A stretch of 64,000 bases of DNA from Thainema sp. (GCA_052168235.1 JBQLZK010000003.1:96001-160000), one strand, 5' to 3'. Positions 1-10,901 are shown, counted from the first letter of the stretch. Translations and numbers: made by a program. Notes: a model not told the origin generated them from the letters alone.

Positions 1-1
1 C

Positions 2-742
2 ATGCGAGAGTCAGGCCTCGACCCCACCAACCGCTTTGGCCCTTTCAGCGTTGATATTATTCACTATGCCCCCGTTTGTCTCAACGTGCTGCTTTACCAA
101 ATGGAGCGGGACATCGCTGAAATTAACGACATCCTGGACCACAAGGATGCCTGGATTTCCTGGCGCGATCGCGCCATCAAGCGGCGAGCATTAATCAATC
201 AATTTCTCTGGGATGAGGAGCAGGGGCAGTACTACGACTACAACTTCCGTACGGGTCAGCATCGCTACTACGACTACATCACCACGTTCTATCCCCTCTG
301 GGTCGGCATCGCCAACCCACAGCAGGCCAAGCGCGTTGTAGAAAACCTTCACAAGTTTGAATGCCCAGGCGGATTGCGCACCAGCACCACCGTCACGGGC
401 AACCAGTGGGACGCCCCCTTCGGCTGGGCACCACTAAACTGGATTGCGATTGAAGGACTGCGTCGCTATGGCTATGAAGAAGAAGCAAAGCGAATTGCAG
501 GCAAGTTTATCAGTCTACTCGTGAAAGAGTTCAAGCGCACAGGCACACTGCTCGAAAAATATGACGTGGAAGCCTGTACTGGAGATGTGTCTTCCGAAAT
601 TCACTTTGGCTACAGCAGCAACGAAATCGGCTTTGGCTGGACAAATGGGGTACTGCTAGAACTGTTGGAAACAATCAACTTTGAAAATTGCCTGCTTTCA
701 ACCCGTCCCGCGAAAGAAGCCGATTTGATCAATCAGTTTTGA
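2..742 (+). CDS. Trehalase (GH37), C-terminal part; 5' end lies outside the window
   Basis: Motifs PVCLNVLLY, TFYPLW, GNQWDAPFGWAP, LLEKYDV and GFGWTNGV are typical of alpha,alpha-trehalases. Confidence 0.9.
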   Translation: MRESGLDPTNRFGPFSVDIIHYAPVCLNVLLYQMERDIAEINDILDHKDAWISWRDRAIKRRALINQFLWDEEQGQYYDYNFRTGQHRYYDYITTFYPLWVGIANPQQAKRVVENLHKFECPGGLRTSTTVTGNQWDAPFGWAPLNWIAIEGLRRYGYEEEAKRIAGKFISLLVKEFKRTGTLLEKYDVEACTGDVSSEIHFGYSSNEIGFGWTNGVLLELLETINFENCLLSTRPAKEADLINQF

Positions 743-2010
743 CTTTGGCTGCAAAATCCGGTGACTCAAGCCCCTGTCATCATGCGTTGTAGGAGAATTA
801 ATATCCCAAATATCCCAAAGCGGGTATTCTGCACCGTCATGCGGCAGCAGAATACCCGCTTTGGGTTTAGACCTCAAGAAATCATGACCTGATTCACCAA
901 TTTTCTTTTTCGGGTGCAAGTTTTACTGAACTAACGGTGAATACTAAGGATCTCATAAAATTCTCTGCAAAATCTCAGGTTTTGGGGTGATGATAGGGTA
1001 ATGGAACATTCGTTCCGTTATTTTCGTTATACAGATAGCGTCAAGCCTAGCTAAAACCCTACCGCTATTTCTGGTCACGCTTGCACCGCAGGCGCTTCTC
1101 TAGAAAGAGTCGGGTCTATTCACATGAGGCTTGGTATAAAAACTGGCAGGTCACTTTACCGATTTTTTACCTACATGAACCAAACTAAGTGGCTAAAAGA
1201 CAGAGCAGTCTTTAACAAAGCCGTCTTCAAGCGTGGGGGTGAGGGTTACTCAAACTTGCCAATGCTAATGATAAATGCCATGTAATTCATGATCGATGAG
1301 GTGAATTTAGTATGCTTCCGCCACCCGATCTACCGGGACTACATACGTAGGGCTAACGCGATCTATTCTGGTTGGGTTATCCGTATTTCCCTCGCTAAAT
1401 GGTTCAGGCATAATTTACATAACTCGCCAGTAATAAACTCAATCGTCCCCTAGTCCCCAAACAGATTCTATCAACAGGATGAGTTATTTCAATCAATTCA
1501 TTTCTAGGCTAGATATTGAAGCGTGATAAACTAAACTCATAATGATTCCGAATTAGCATCTGTAGTCGTTTTGAAGCCGCTTGGCACTTGAGCCGTTATT
1601 GAGCTGTTAGAATTGGTGGCTGAGCCGTTTAAATCTGTGAGTTGAACTTTCCCAACAGTTAATTATGCTCCTGATTTCGCTCCATCAGCAAATGGGTTTA
1701 TGAATTCGACTGATTAAAGTCTTGACCCTATCTCTGTAGCTGTTACATCCCTCAAGCTTCTGTAATGTTCATCACCTCAACCCGCCACACCAAAGCGCAG
1801 GCTGGTTCTGAGTTTCAACGCTGCCCTTTCAATTTCGTTATAGCTCTTCTTTAAGATTGACCGTTTTGGTTTCATTCACCTGTCTACTTTCATTCTAGAA
1901 CCCAGAGCAATATTCGTAGGCTCTGTCCTCTAGGTTCTCTAACTTTTTACTTCTACTATCCTTGTTCTTCCCTGTTGCCGAATTTATTTCGATCGGAGTT
2001 GTTTAACCCC

Positions 2011-2991
2011 ATGCCCAACGCAAAAATCCAGAAGAATACTAAACCCACCTTCTCAGCGGATATGGTACGAACCTATCTGCATGAGATTGGTCGAGTTCCC
2101 TTGTTGACCCATGAGCAGGAAATTGTGTTGGGTAAGCAAGTTCAGCAGCTAATGGAACTGCTCGACATCCAGGCGAATTTGACCGAAACGCTAGAGCGCG
2201 AGCCGACTCAGCAAGAGTGGGCTGATAAAGCTGATATGACTGTAGATGAGCTAGAGCAGCATCTGCGGGTCGGACAGCGTGCGAAACAAAAAATGATTGA
2301 GGCGAATTTGCGCCTAGTCGTTGCGATCGCAAAGAAATACCAAAAGCGGAATCTAGAGTTTCTTGACTTAATCCAAGAGGGAACGCTGGGCCTAGAGCGT
2401 GGTGTAGAGAAGTTTGACCCCACTAAGGGCTACAAATTCTCAACCTACGCCTACTGGTGGATTCGTCAGGCTATCACACGTGCGATTGCACAGCAGGCTC
2501 GTACGATCCGCTTGCCGATTCACATTACTGAGAAACTGAACAAAATCAAGAAAGTTCAGCGCGAACTATCCCAAACGTTAGGTCGTAGCCCCAACGCCGT
2601 CGAGATTGCGGAAGCGCTGGAGCTGGAACCGAAACAGGTACGTGAATATCTGCTGATGGCTCGTCAGCCCGTTTCCTTAGATCTGCGGATTGGTGACAAT
2701 CAAGATACCGAGCTGCAAGACCTATTAGAAGACGAAGATGCATCGCCGGAAGATTATACGGTGCAGGAGTCGTTGCGGTCTGACATCCAGGGGATGCTCT
2801 CAGAGCTAACCCCTCAGCAGCGAGAAGTGCTGACGCTGCGGTTTGGCCTCAATGATGGTCATGAGCTATCTTTGGCTAAAGTTGGTCAGCGGATGAGCAT
2901 TAGCCGTGAGCGGGTACGCCAGCTTGAACGGCAGGCACTTGATCATCTGCGTCGGAAGAAAGCCAATATTCGAGGCTATCTAGCCAGCTAG
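2011..2991 (+). CDS. sigB: Group 2 RNA polymerase sigma factor (RpoD family, SigB-like)
   Basis: Region 1.2 MVRTYLHEIGRVPLLT, region 2 DLIQEG...KGYKFSTYAYWWIRQ, region 4 SRERVRQ; no region 1.1; ATG at 2011 preferred over TTG at 1975. Confidence 0.85.
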   Translation: MPNAKIQKNTKPTFSADMVRTYLHEIGRVPLLTHEQEIVLGKQVQQLMELLDIQANLTETLEREPTQQEWADKADMTVDELEQHLRVGQRAKQKMIEANLRLVVAIAKKYQKRNLEFLDLIQEGTLGLERGVEKFDPTKGYKFSTYAYWWIRQAITRAIAQQARTIRLPIHITEKLNKIKKVQRELSQTLGRSPNAVEIAEALELEPKQVREYLLMARQPVSLDLRIGDNQDTELQDLLEDEDASPEDYTVQESLRSDIQGMLSELTPQQREVLTLRFGLNDGHELSLAKVGQRMSISRERVRQLERQALDHLRRKKANIRGYLAS

Positions 2992-3004
2992 GTTCTGTAT
3001 TACA

Positions 3005-3053
3005 CCACATATAGCAAAGCGGGGCACAATGTGCCCCGCTTTGCTATATGTGG
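3005..3053. terminator. Perfect 23-bp inverted repeat between convergent genes (bidirectional terminator candidate)
   Basis: CCACATATAGCAAAGCGGGGCAC-AAT-GTGCCCCGCTTTGCTATATGTGG. Confidence 0.7.
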
Positions 3054-3059
3054 CTGAAT

Positions 3060-3374
3060 CTACTTTTCGCGCACTAAAAACTCGATATTTGAAGTCAAGG
3101 GGTCTTTGACTAACCCAACCCCGATAAAGCCCCAGCGCTCCAGTAATTTGCCTAGTTGAGTCCCCGGTACCGATTCGACGGCAAACCGATCTGCGACATC
3201 GGGAGCGTGCGTATTCAGATAGCTCAATGCCTCATACTGCTCCTGGAACAGCAGCAAAAAACCAGCCTGCGGTGCCGCCGCTTCTTCTGTATCGGTTGTG
3301 CGTCGTGGATGAGCCACCAAATACTGGCCATCCATGCGCGATCGCAATAAATAATGAATCTGTGAAACCACCAT
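3060..3374 (-). CDS. Conserved cyanobacterial hypothetical protein
   Basis: 104-aa ORF co-oriented downstream of the ABC permease; motifs YLLRSRMDGQYL and ALSYLNTHA...RWGFxGVG. Confidence 0.75.
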   Translation of the reverse strand: MVVSQIHYLLRSRMDGQYLVAHPRRTTDTEEAAAPQAGFLLLFQEQYEALSYLNTHAPDVADRFAVESVPGTQLGKLLERWGFIGVGLVKDPLTSNIEFLVREK

Positions 3375-3425
3375 AGGCTTATGGAACGGTACAACTTAGT
3401 ACAACTTGGGACGGTTTGATCAGTA

Positions 3426-4511
3426 CTACTTGATATCGGTAAAGCTAATCCGCGGATCGGCTGCCCTCAACATCAGATCAGCTAGCAAGTTACCAACAAT
3501 CAGCATCGTTGCACCAATCATCAAGCTCGCCATAATCAAGTATTCATCCTGAAAGATCACCGCTTGCAGGGTTAGGCGACCCAGACCCGGCCAGTTAAAA
3601 AACGTCTCGGTAATAAACGCTCCGCCCAGCAAACCTGCAAACTCAAAGCCCAGCAGAGTGATCAGCGGGTTGATGGCGTTGCGCAATGCATGAACATAGA
3701 TCACGCGATTCTCGGGTAATCCCTTGGCTCTTGCTGTCTTGATATAGTCCTGCCGCAGCACGTCCAGCAGTTGACCCCGCATAATTCGCTGTAGTCCGGC
3801 AAAGCTAGTAATGCTCAGCGCCAAGGTTGGCAAAATCATATGCCAGCCGATATCTAACACCTTACCAATCGGATTGAGATCCGCATGGTTAATACTGGTC
3901 ATGCCGCCCACGGGAAAAATTGGGGATGTGGCCTGGGCAAACATCAAGAAGAGTAGGCCCGTGACAATGCTCGGCATTCCCTGTCCCAGGTACGACAAAA
4001 CTCGCAAACCCCGATCAGCAAACTGATTTTGCCGCACTGCGCCAACGATGCCCAAGGGAATCGCAACTGCCCAGGTTAATAAGAACGAAGAAATAGACAG
4101 CAGCAGCGTGTTAAACGCCCGCTCCCACAGCAGTTCCACCACGGGCCGTTGATAGGTCAAACTGTTACCAAAGTCCTGATTAAACACCACTTGTCTGAGC
4201 CAGAGCCAGTAGCGCTCCCAAGCCGGCTTATCCAAGCCAAATCGCTCTGTGAGCTGTTGCAGCGTTTCGGCGGAAACTGATGGGTCTTGGCGAAACTTAT
4301 CAACGTAGTCGCCCGGAGCAAGTTGAATCACGAAAAAAGCCAGAATGGAGGCCAGAAACAGCGTAAATATAGCCTGCAACACGCGCTTGACGATGAACAA
4401 GAACGTATCGCTGGTCAGAAAATCAACTATGCGATCGCGGATCGACGACATGCGATTGTCACGCTTGGGCGACTTGGGAGCATCAGACGGTGAATCAGGG
4501 ATGAAGGTCAT
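3426..4511 (-). CDS. Peptide/nickel ABC transporter permease (DppB/OppB family)
   Basis: N-terminal LAPGD...FGLDKP, EAA loop DYIKTARAKGL...HALRNA, multiple TM segments. Confidence 0.92.
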   Translation of the reverse strand: MTFIPDSPSDAPKSPKRDNRMSSIRDRIVDFLTSDTFLFIVKRVLQAIFTLFLASILAFFVIQLAPGDYVDKFRQDPSVSAETLQQLTERFGLDKPAWERYWLWLRQVVFNQDFGNSLTYQRPVVELLWERAFNTLLLSISSFLLTWAVAIPLGIVGAVRQNQFADRGLRVLSYLGQGMPSIVTGLLFLMFAQATSPIFPVGGMTSINHADLNPIGKVLDIGWHMILPTLALSITSFAGLQRIMRGQLLDVLRQDYIKTARAKGLPENRVIYVHALRNAINPLITLLGFEFAGLLGGAFITETFFNWPGLGRLTLQAVIFQDEYLIMASLMIGATMLIVGNLLADLMLRAADPRISFTDIK

Positions 4512-4531
4512 AAAAGGCTAAATCCTGAACC

Positions 4532-5044
4532 TTAATATTCCACTAGGGTAACAACTGGAACCTGAGGTAGCTTCTGACGACCCGCTAGCGCCAGCAGTTC
4601 GACAATAAAGCCAAAGCCGATCACCTCGGCTCCGGTTTGTTCAACAAGCTGTGCCGTGGCGGCGGCTGTGCCACCCGTGGCGATTAAATCGTCTACGATC
4701 AGCACCTTTGCACCCTCATGCAGGGCATCCTGGTGCATTTCTAGACTATCGGTTCCGTATTCAAGTTCATACTCGACGGCGTGGACAGCGGCTGGCAGCT
4801 TACCCGGTTTCCGCACGGGTACAAATCCCGTGCCCAGCTTATAAGCCAGCGGTGGCCCAAAGATGAAACCACGGGACTCCATACCCAAGATGTAGTCCGG
4901 CTGGAGACTGGCACACTTTTCAGCCATTAGATCAATGGTGTAGCGCAATCCGTCGGGATTTTGCAGCAGGGTTGTAATGTCACGAAACAAAATACCGGGT
5001 TTAGGAAAGTCAGGAATATCGCGAATCAGCGCTTTGAGATCCAT
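4532..5044 (-). CDS. apt: Adenine phosphoribosyltransferase
   Basis: [37 protein letters not shown] motif [10 protein letters not shown]. Confidence 0.97.
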   Translation of the reverse strand: MDLKALIRDIPDFPKPGILFRDITTLLQNPDGLRYTIDLMAEKCASLQPDYILGMESRGFIFGPPLAYKLGTGFVPVRKPGKLPAAVHAVEYELEYGTDSLEMHQDALHEGAKVLIVDDLIATGGTAAATAQLVEQTGAEVIGFGFIVELLALAGRQKLPQVPVVTLVEY

Positions 5045-5230
5045 GAGTTAATTCGGGTAAGTAAATGGCGGACGATTAAACGGACAATTGGATCGTGTAG
5101 ATCGTAGAAATCCTACCATTTTCACCTGTCACAGATTGGTATCACAAATTGGTTCACGGATTCGGATTACAGATTGAGTCACGAATTGGGCTCGTCTGGA
5201 ACGTTTGGGAGGTGGGGCTGTAGAGGCTTA

Positions 5231-5323
5231 TATAGCGGTTCTAGATAAGAATGAGAGAGGAGAGTGCCTCATCCTGAGGCACTCTCCTCTCTCGTTTTCT
5301 CACTCTTAACTGGAATCACTATA
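5231..5323. mobile_element. MITE-like element with TA-flanked imperfect 20-bp terminal inverted repeats and an internal hairpin
   Basis: Left end TATAGCGGTTCTAGATAAGA vs reverse complement of right end TATAGTGATTCCAGTTAAGA (16/20); internal perfect 19-bp stem at 5253-5293. Confidence 0.6.
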
Positions 5324-5364
5324 GAAGCTGTGAAAGGCTGTAAAGGCATTAGGCTGCTCACCCC

Positions 5365-6564
5365 TTACCGTCGAATGGTTGTAAAGTTCTCGAACCAGCC
5401 TCGTCGCCAGAAAAAGGCAATTAGGCTGGCGCTAATTGTGATCATGATGGCCCAGGCAAATGGATAGCCCAAGTACCAGTCCAGCTCCGGCATATTGAGC
5501 GGCGAGGCTTCCGGGTTGAAGTTCATGCCGTAGAGTCCGGTGACAAAGGTGAGGGGAATAAAGATGGTCGAAATGACGGTCAGTAGCTTCATCACTTCGT
5601 TCATCCGGTTGCTGACTGAGGAGAGATAGACATCCATCAAACTGGATACCAGTTCGCGATAGGTTTCTACGATGTCGAGTACCTGAATGATGTGGTCATA
5701 GCAGTCTCGCAGATAGACCTGCACTTCTGGGCTAATAAACTCGGTACTGTCGCGAATTAGGGTGTTAATGGCGCTGCGGAGAGGCCAGATGGAGCGACGC
5801 AGAGAAAATAACTCTCGGCGCAGGTCGTGAATTCGTTCTAGGGTTTGGCGAGTGGGATTACTGACCACCTCTTCTTCTAAATTTTCGATATGTTCTCCAT
5901 AAACTTCCAGAACTGGAAAAAAACCATCAATAATCGAGTCCAGCAGCGCATAGGCTAAATAGTCCACGCCTTGCCGTCGAATCAATCCCTTATTACGCCG
6001 AATGCGATCGCGGACTGGATCGAAGGAATCCTGTTCCGGTTCTTCCTGTACCGTCAGTAAATAGTGCTGGCCCAGGATTAAACTCACCTGCTCGCTGTAG
6101 AAGCCCTGGCCGGATTCTTTAGGAGCTACCATACGGGCAATGATCAGCAGGTGCTCGTCGTAGCGCTCCACCTTGGGTCGCTGCGGCACGTTGACCACGT
6201 CTTCCAATACCAGCGGATGCAGGTGAAACACGCTACCCATACGGCGCAGGACGTTTTCGCTGCCCAGCCCCTGCACATCCACCCAGGAAACGCTGTCGGT
6301 ATCGAGATAAGGAGCGCAGGCTTCAGGCGCGTCTAACTGAACAATGTGAGCATGGCGAGGCTGATAATCAATCAGCATGATAACGGGTGGGTGGGCGTCC
6401 TCCTCAATGGTTAAGGTGCCAGGAGAACTGCCCGGTGCATCAAAGTGATAGTCAAAGTAAGGTTCTTCTTCCTCTTCCTCTATTTCTTCGTTCTCCGGTT
6501 CTCGCTCCAGGCGTCGTAGTTCAGTTTCGGTGAGTCCTGACGACCGCAGTGGTGAATTTGACAT
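5365..6564 (-). CDS. corA: Magnesium/cobalt transporter CorA
   Basis: WVDVQG, LHPLVLED, QRPK, signature YGMNF and MPEL, two C-terminal TM helices. Confidence 0.95.
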   Translation of the reverse strand: MSNSPLRSSGLTETELRRLEREPENEEIEEEEEEPYFDYHFDAPGSSPGTLTIEEDAHPPVIMLIDYQPRHAHIVQLDAPEACAPYLDTDSVSWVDVQGLGSENVLRRMGSVFHLHPLVLEDVVNVPQRPKVERYDEHLLIIARMVAPKESGQGFYSEQVSLILGQHYLLTVQEEPEQDSFDPVRDRIRRNKGLIRRQGVDYLAYALLDSIIDGFFPVLEVYGEHIENLEEEVVSNPTRQTLERIHDLRRELFSLRRSIWPLRSAINTLIRDSTEFISPEVQVYLRDCYDHIIQVLDIVETYRELVSSLMDVYLSSVSNRMNEVMKLLTVISTIFIPLTFVTGLYGMNFNPEASPLNMPELDWYLGYPFAWAIMITISASLIAFFWRRGWFENFTTIRR

Positions 6565-6841
6565 GGATTTTCCTTTGTGTTGAACCTTATTGAACTCTGT
6601 TGACTCGAACCTTACATGGAAATTTGGTCAACAGGTGACAGTCCGATCAGCGACAGCGTTGGCGATTTAGGCTAAAACAGATTCAGTCTGAATGATTGAT
6701 GGCTACCGTCATCGCCAGCGCATGTTTAGACGGCTCTATTTTAGGTTGAGTTGATTTGTACCAGCCTGTTTTGTCTATCTCCGTCATGATGCCGTTTACC
6801 CATGTTTGGATTAGCATCAAACCATGTCGTGATTGCCAACC

Positions 6842-9040
6842 ATGATCGAACAGCACCCCCATCTTGATTTTGCCCATTTGCCGCTGGTTCTAGCAGGACC
6901 AGTTCTGCGCCGGACTGAACCAGACGCGGTAACGGTTTGGCTAGCGCTACAGCAGCCTTGTCAGATTACGCTGACGGTATACGACACGACGAGGGCTGGT
7001 GCGGCAGTGGGGCAAGCGCTGCTATCAAGCGTGGCGGAAACGGTGGCTATTGGTCGCCGTTTACATCTGTTGGCGATTACCGCTCGTCCAGTTACGGGCC
7101 AGGTTTTAGAGAGCGATCGCATTTACGCGTACGATTTGCAGTTTGCGATCGCAAATTCAGCAGATTCACTCCAGTCACCCCTTTCACTCAGCGAGGCAAT
7201 TGGCGACAGCGTTGAAGGCTTGAGCTATTTCGACCACGGCCTACCAACGTTTATCCTGCCGCCGACCGATTGGCATGACTTGAAGCTGGCGCATGGTTCC
7301 TGCCGCAAGCCCCACGGCACAGGCCACGATGCGCTGCCGCTACTGGATAAGTTACTGACACACACAGCAGCAGATCCGAAACAGCGACCGCATCAGATCT
7401 ACTTCACGGGCGACCAGATCTACGGCGATGACGTAGCGGAGCCGATGCTGTGGCTGGTGCACTATTTGGGGCCGGATCTGCTGGGTTGGGAAGAATTACT
7501 GCCCACGGGCGATCCGACTAAGTCGCTGAAGCCTGGACAAAGACGCGCAGCGGCTGAAGACTATGGTGGCCTGACGGCGGCCTTAGGCAAAAAAGATGCC
7601 AGCAAGGTCAGTAGCCATTTGCTGAGCTTGGGCGAATATTTGGCCGCTTATCTGCTGAATCACTCTCCTACCTGCTGGCCGCAGCGGTTTCCAACGGCCA
7701 ATGAGGCGGGACAGGGCAAAAACTGGACGAAACAGGTTGAAAATCTGCAACTGTTTGCTCAGCCGCTGGGGCGGGTGCGCCGCGCTTTGGCCAATATCCC
7801 GGTCTACGCCATTTTCGATGACCATGATGTGAGTGACGATTGGAACCTGAACCAAACCTGGTGCTTGCGCGTGTACGGTCGGCCAATGGGCTACCGGGTG
7901 GTGCAGAATGCGCTGCTGGCCTATGCGCTGGTGCAAGCGTGGGGCAATACGCCCTGGCAGTTTGCTGCTGATCAACCCGGTAGCTCCTTACTCAATTCGG
8001 TGCAGCGCTGGTCAGCGTCGGCTGGGGGAGATGCTGAGAGCGGAATTGCGATCGCACATTACCTGGGTTTACCGCCAGTTGATTCTCACACCGGATTGCC
8101 CAAATTTGACCAAGAAGCAGACTGTTTTGTTCTGAGTCGCGAAGCCGGATCATTGACCTGGCACTACACGGTAGGAAGCTCTTGCCATCAGGTGATTGCC
8201 CTGGATACGCGAACGCATCGGGGCTATCCTATGAATGACCACGCTTTAGCTCCCCCCAAGCTGCTCACCCCGTTCGGATTGGAGACTCAACTGACCCAAA
8301 ACCTCCAACCTGAAACTGATCAGCAGTTGACGTTAGTAATTGCGCCAACCAATGTGTTCAGCATCAAGCTGATTGATGTCATTCACCAGTATTTCCTGCG
8401 CCAAAAAAAGGTCTTTGGCTCGGATGTTGGTGATGCCTGGAACCTGCCAACTGAGGCGCTGGCCAGTTTAATTACGACGTTATTCCAGCAGCGCAAACGG
8501 GTAATTGTCCTGTCCGGTGATATTCACTTCAGCTTTGCCGTCCGCCTAGAACTAACCAGCCAAGATCCAAGCGTTAATTCGGGCGTGTTGGTGCAGCTTA
8601 CGGCCAGCTCGATTGACAATGAAGAAACCCTGACCCGAATTATTCACACGCGCTTGAAGGACATACTTTGGCCCGAACGCACCCGCCACCTACAGGGCTG
8701 GATCAATCCACCACAGTTGGCGGAAACCAAAACTCCCCGCTTTCATCACCCCACGAAGCCCGATTGGTTTGGCAAACTTACTTGGGTTCCCCGCCAGCCG
8801 ACCCAATCGCCCGCATTCAGCCCCATTGCTGAGTGGGTGCCCGTCAAGCGGCGTGGACGCTGGTTGCGATCGCTAAAGTTTTGGAAAAGCCGCTGGGTTC
8901 AGGAGGGGCGTGAACTGGTCGGACGCAATAACTTATCCGTCGTCCATTTTAGTCAAGATAAGGTTCAGCAAGACAGCTACTGGTATGCACCCTGGTCAGA
9001 AGGTGAAATTGTTCGCAGCCGCTTTGAAAGTGAGTTGTAA
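6842..9040 (+). CDS. PhoD-like metallophosphatase
   Basis: LAGPVLRR, HGSCRKPHG, GDQIYGDD, IFDDHDVSDDWN, LDTR, LSGDIH. Confidence 0.85.
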   Translation: MIEQHPHLDFAHLPLVLAGPVLRRTEPDAVTVWLALQQPCQITLTVYDTTRAGAAVGQALLSSVAETVAIGRRLHLLAITARPVTGQVLESDRIYAYDLQFAIANSADSLQSPLSLSEAIGDSVEGLSYFDHGLPTFILPPTDWHDLKLAHGSCRKPHGTGHDALPLLDKLLTHTAADPKQRPHQIYFTGDQIYGDDVAEPMLWLVHYLGPDLLGWEELLPTGDPTKSLKPGQRRAAAEDYGGLTAALGKKDASKVSSHLLSLGEYLAAYLLNHSPTCWPQRFPTANEAGQGKNWTKQVENLQLFAQPLGRVRRALANIPVYAIFDDHDVSDDWNLNQTWCLRVYGRPMGYRVVQNALLAYALVQAWGNTPWQFAADQPGSSLLNSVQRWSASAGGDAESGIAIAHYLGLPPVDSHTGLPKFDQEADCFVLSREAGSLTWHYTVGSSCHQVIALDTRTHRGYPMNDHALAPPKLLTPFGLETQLTQNLQPETDQQLTLVIAPTNVFSIKLIDVIHQYFLRQKKVFGSDVGDAWNLPTEALASLITTLFQQRKRVIVLSGDIHFSFAVRLELTSQDPSVNSGVLVQLTASSIDNEETLTRIIHTRLKDILWPERTRHLQGWINPPQLAETKTPRFHHPTKPDWFGKLTWVPRQPTQSPAFSPIAEWVPVKRRGRWLRSLKFWKSRWVQEGRELVGRNNLSVVHFSQDKVQQDSYWYAPWSEGEIVRSRFESEL

Positions 9041-9096
9041 GTCGGCAACTGGGCATGCTGAGGATACTAGGCTTTATTGGGAATAAGGTTTTGGGG

Positions 9097-9147
9097 TCGG
9101 AAATTGTTTTGTAGCGCGGCTGAGCCGCGCTACAAAACAATTTCCGA
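9097..9147. repeat. Perfect 24-bp inverted repeat with a GTAG...CTAC core (REP-like or terminator)
   Basis: TCGGAAATTGTTTTGTAGCGCGGC-TGA-GCCGCGCTACAAAACAATTTCCGA. Confidence 0.7.
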
Positions 9148-9175
9148 TAAAGTCTACTGATGTGGGGATCACAGC

Positions 9176-10222
9176 ATGGATGTGAAGTGGCTGTTACAGA
9201 TAAGTGGAGGGCTGACCGCTGCGGCGGCAGGCGCGATCGCAGTTTTCTTTCTCTGGGCTACTTCTGGCGTCTATCCTATTGATCGGTACACCGAGATTCG
9301 CTCGTCTGAGGACGGTGCTGAGGACAGTACTGATAACGGTGCGACTGCTGATCCGCTCTCCAATCTAGGGGGCACGACTGACACGCTAACCGTTGTCACC
9401 TATAACATCGGCTATTTATCTGGACTCACAAATAATCAAGCTGTTGAGCGCGATCGCAGCTTGTTTGACACCAACCAGCAAACTGCGATCGCAGCTCTCA
9501 ACTCTGCCGATGCCGATTTTATTGCCTTTCAGGAAATTGATTTCGACGCCAAGCGGTCATTTTTTGTCGATCAGGTGGCCGCGATTGCTCAGGGTTTGGG
9601 ATTTCCTCAAGCTGCGATCGCAATTAACTGGAATAAGCGCTACGTACCGTTTCCCTATTGGCCACCTGCGGCCCATTTCGGCCAAGTGGTCTCCGGTCAG
9701 GCAGTACTGAGTCGTTATCCCATTACCGAAAACGAGCGGGTTGTGCTGCAAAAAGTGGCGGACAAACCGTTCTATTACAACGCGCTATACCTGGATCGAC
9801 TGGCGCAGGTCACACAAGTTGACGTTGATGGGCAGCCGCTGGTGCTGATCAACGTGCATTTGGAAGCGTTTGACGAACCGACACGACGCCAGCAAACGGC
9901 AACCGTTCTGGAGCTGTACAACCAATACGCCGCCGACTATCCGGTTATCCTGCTGGGCGACTTCAACAGTTCAATTCCCGGCAGTGAAGAAGCCGACCCA
10001 ACGATTAATCAACTGCTCCAAGCTGAAGGAATTGCTGTCGCCACACCACCCGCCGACTTCGCCAATCAGCTCACCTTTCCCTCAGACACCCCCACCGTCA
10101 AGCTCGACTACATCTTCTACGATCCAGCAGACATCGAACCACTCAACGCCAGCGTGATGACCAACGCCGCCCAAGCCTCCGATCACCTACCCGTGCGGAT
10201 GGATTTTCGTTTACGCGATTAA
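9176..10222 (+). CDS. Endonuclease/exonuclease/phosphatase (EEP) family protein with N-terminal membrane anchor
   Basis: TYNIG, FQEID, NVHL, GDFN, LDYI, SDHLPV motifs. Confidence 0.9.
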   Translation: MDVKWLLQISGGLTAAAAGAIAVFFLWATSGVYPIDRYTEIRSSEDGAEDSTDNGATADPLSNLGGTTDTLTVVTYNIGYLSGLTNNQAVERDRSLFDTNQQTAIAALNSADADFIAFQEIDFDAKRSFFVDQVAAIAQGLGFPQAAIAINWNKRYVPFPYWPPAAHFGQVVSGQAVLSRYPITENERVVLQKVADKPFYYNALYLDRLAQVTQVDVDGQPLVLINVHLEAFDEPTRRQQTATVLELYNQYAADYPVILLGDFNSSIPGSEEADPTINQLLQAEGIAVATPPADFANQLTFPSDTPTVKLDYIFYDPADIEPLNASVMTNAAQASDHLPVRMDFRLRD

Positions 10223-10263
10223 GATTTTGGCTACTAAAAAATCCTGAAAAATGATGCGCGGCT

Positions 10264-10331
10264 GTAGGGGCAGGTTTAGCCGCCAAATGGTTTATCTCAG
10301 TCCAGCTTGACTATCAAAACCTGCCCCCTAC
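10264..10331. repeat. GTAG-family REP-like hairpin element
   Basis: GTAGGGGCAGGTTT...AAACCTGCCCCCTAC; similar element at 27722-27787. Confidence 0.65.
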
Positions 10332-10368
10332 GGGATGTTTCGGTATTTTAAGGTTAAATTTGTCGATT

Positions 10369-10899
10369 ATGTCATCTGCATCTTCTTCGCCACAAAACGA
10401 CCTCGGCCAGTGGGGAGAAGATTTTGTTGCCAAGTGGCTAGAGAAACAGGGCTGGATAATATTGCAGCGTCGCTGGCACTGTCGCTGGGGTGAGCTGGAT
10501 TTAGTGGCGCAGTTTCCGTTACAGAGACAAGTGCGATCGCACTTCAACCAACCTGTCCAATCTTGTGAATCAGATCAGAGCACAACAGGCATCGCCTTTG
10601 TCGAAGTCAAAACCCGCAGCCAGGGCAGTTGGGACGCCAATGGCTTGCAGTCGATCACTCCCGCCAAGCAGCAAAAACTCTGGCAGGCAGCTCACCTATT
10701 TTTAGCGGACTATCCAGACTTAGCCACATTACCCTGTCGGTTTGACGTGGCGCTTGTATATCACCAGCGCTTCCAATCATCTCAATCTCGCCCAGTACCC
10801 ACCCCGAAATGGGTCGCACCCTCGCCGCAGATTGGCTACACGCTCGTACTACAAGATTACATTCCCTCTGCCTTTGAACTGAGTGAGGGAAACGCCTGA
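10369..10899 (+). CDS. yraN: YraN/UPF0102 family putative endonuclease
   Basis: LGQWGE, GELDLV, FVEVKTR, RFDV motifs. Confidence 0.88.
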   Translation: MSSASSSPQNDLGQWGEDFVAKWLEKQGWIILQRRWHCRWGELDLVAQFPLQRQVRSHFNQPVQSCESDQSTTGIAFVEVKTRSQGSWDANGLQSITPAKQQKLWQAAHLFLADYPDLATLPCRFDVALVYHQRFQSSQSRPVPTPKWVAPSPQIGYTLVLQDYIPSAFELSEGNA

Positions 10900-10901
10900 C
10901 A

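Noticed and set aside
1735..1747. TGTAGCTGTTACA as an NtcA box upstream of sigB
   Set aside because: Spacing is N5, not the required N8
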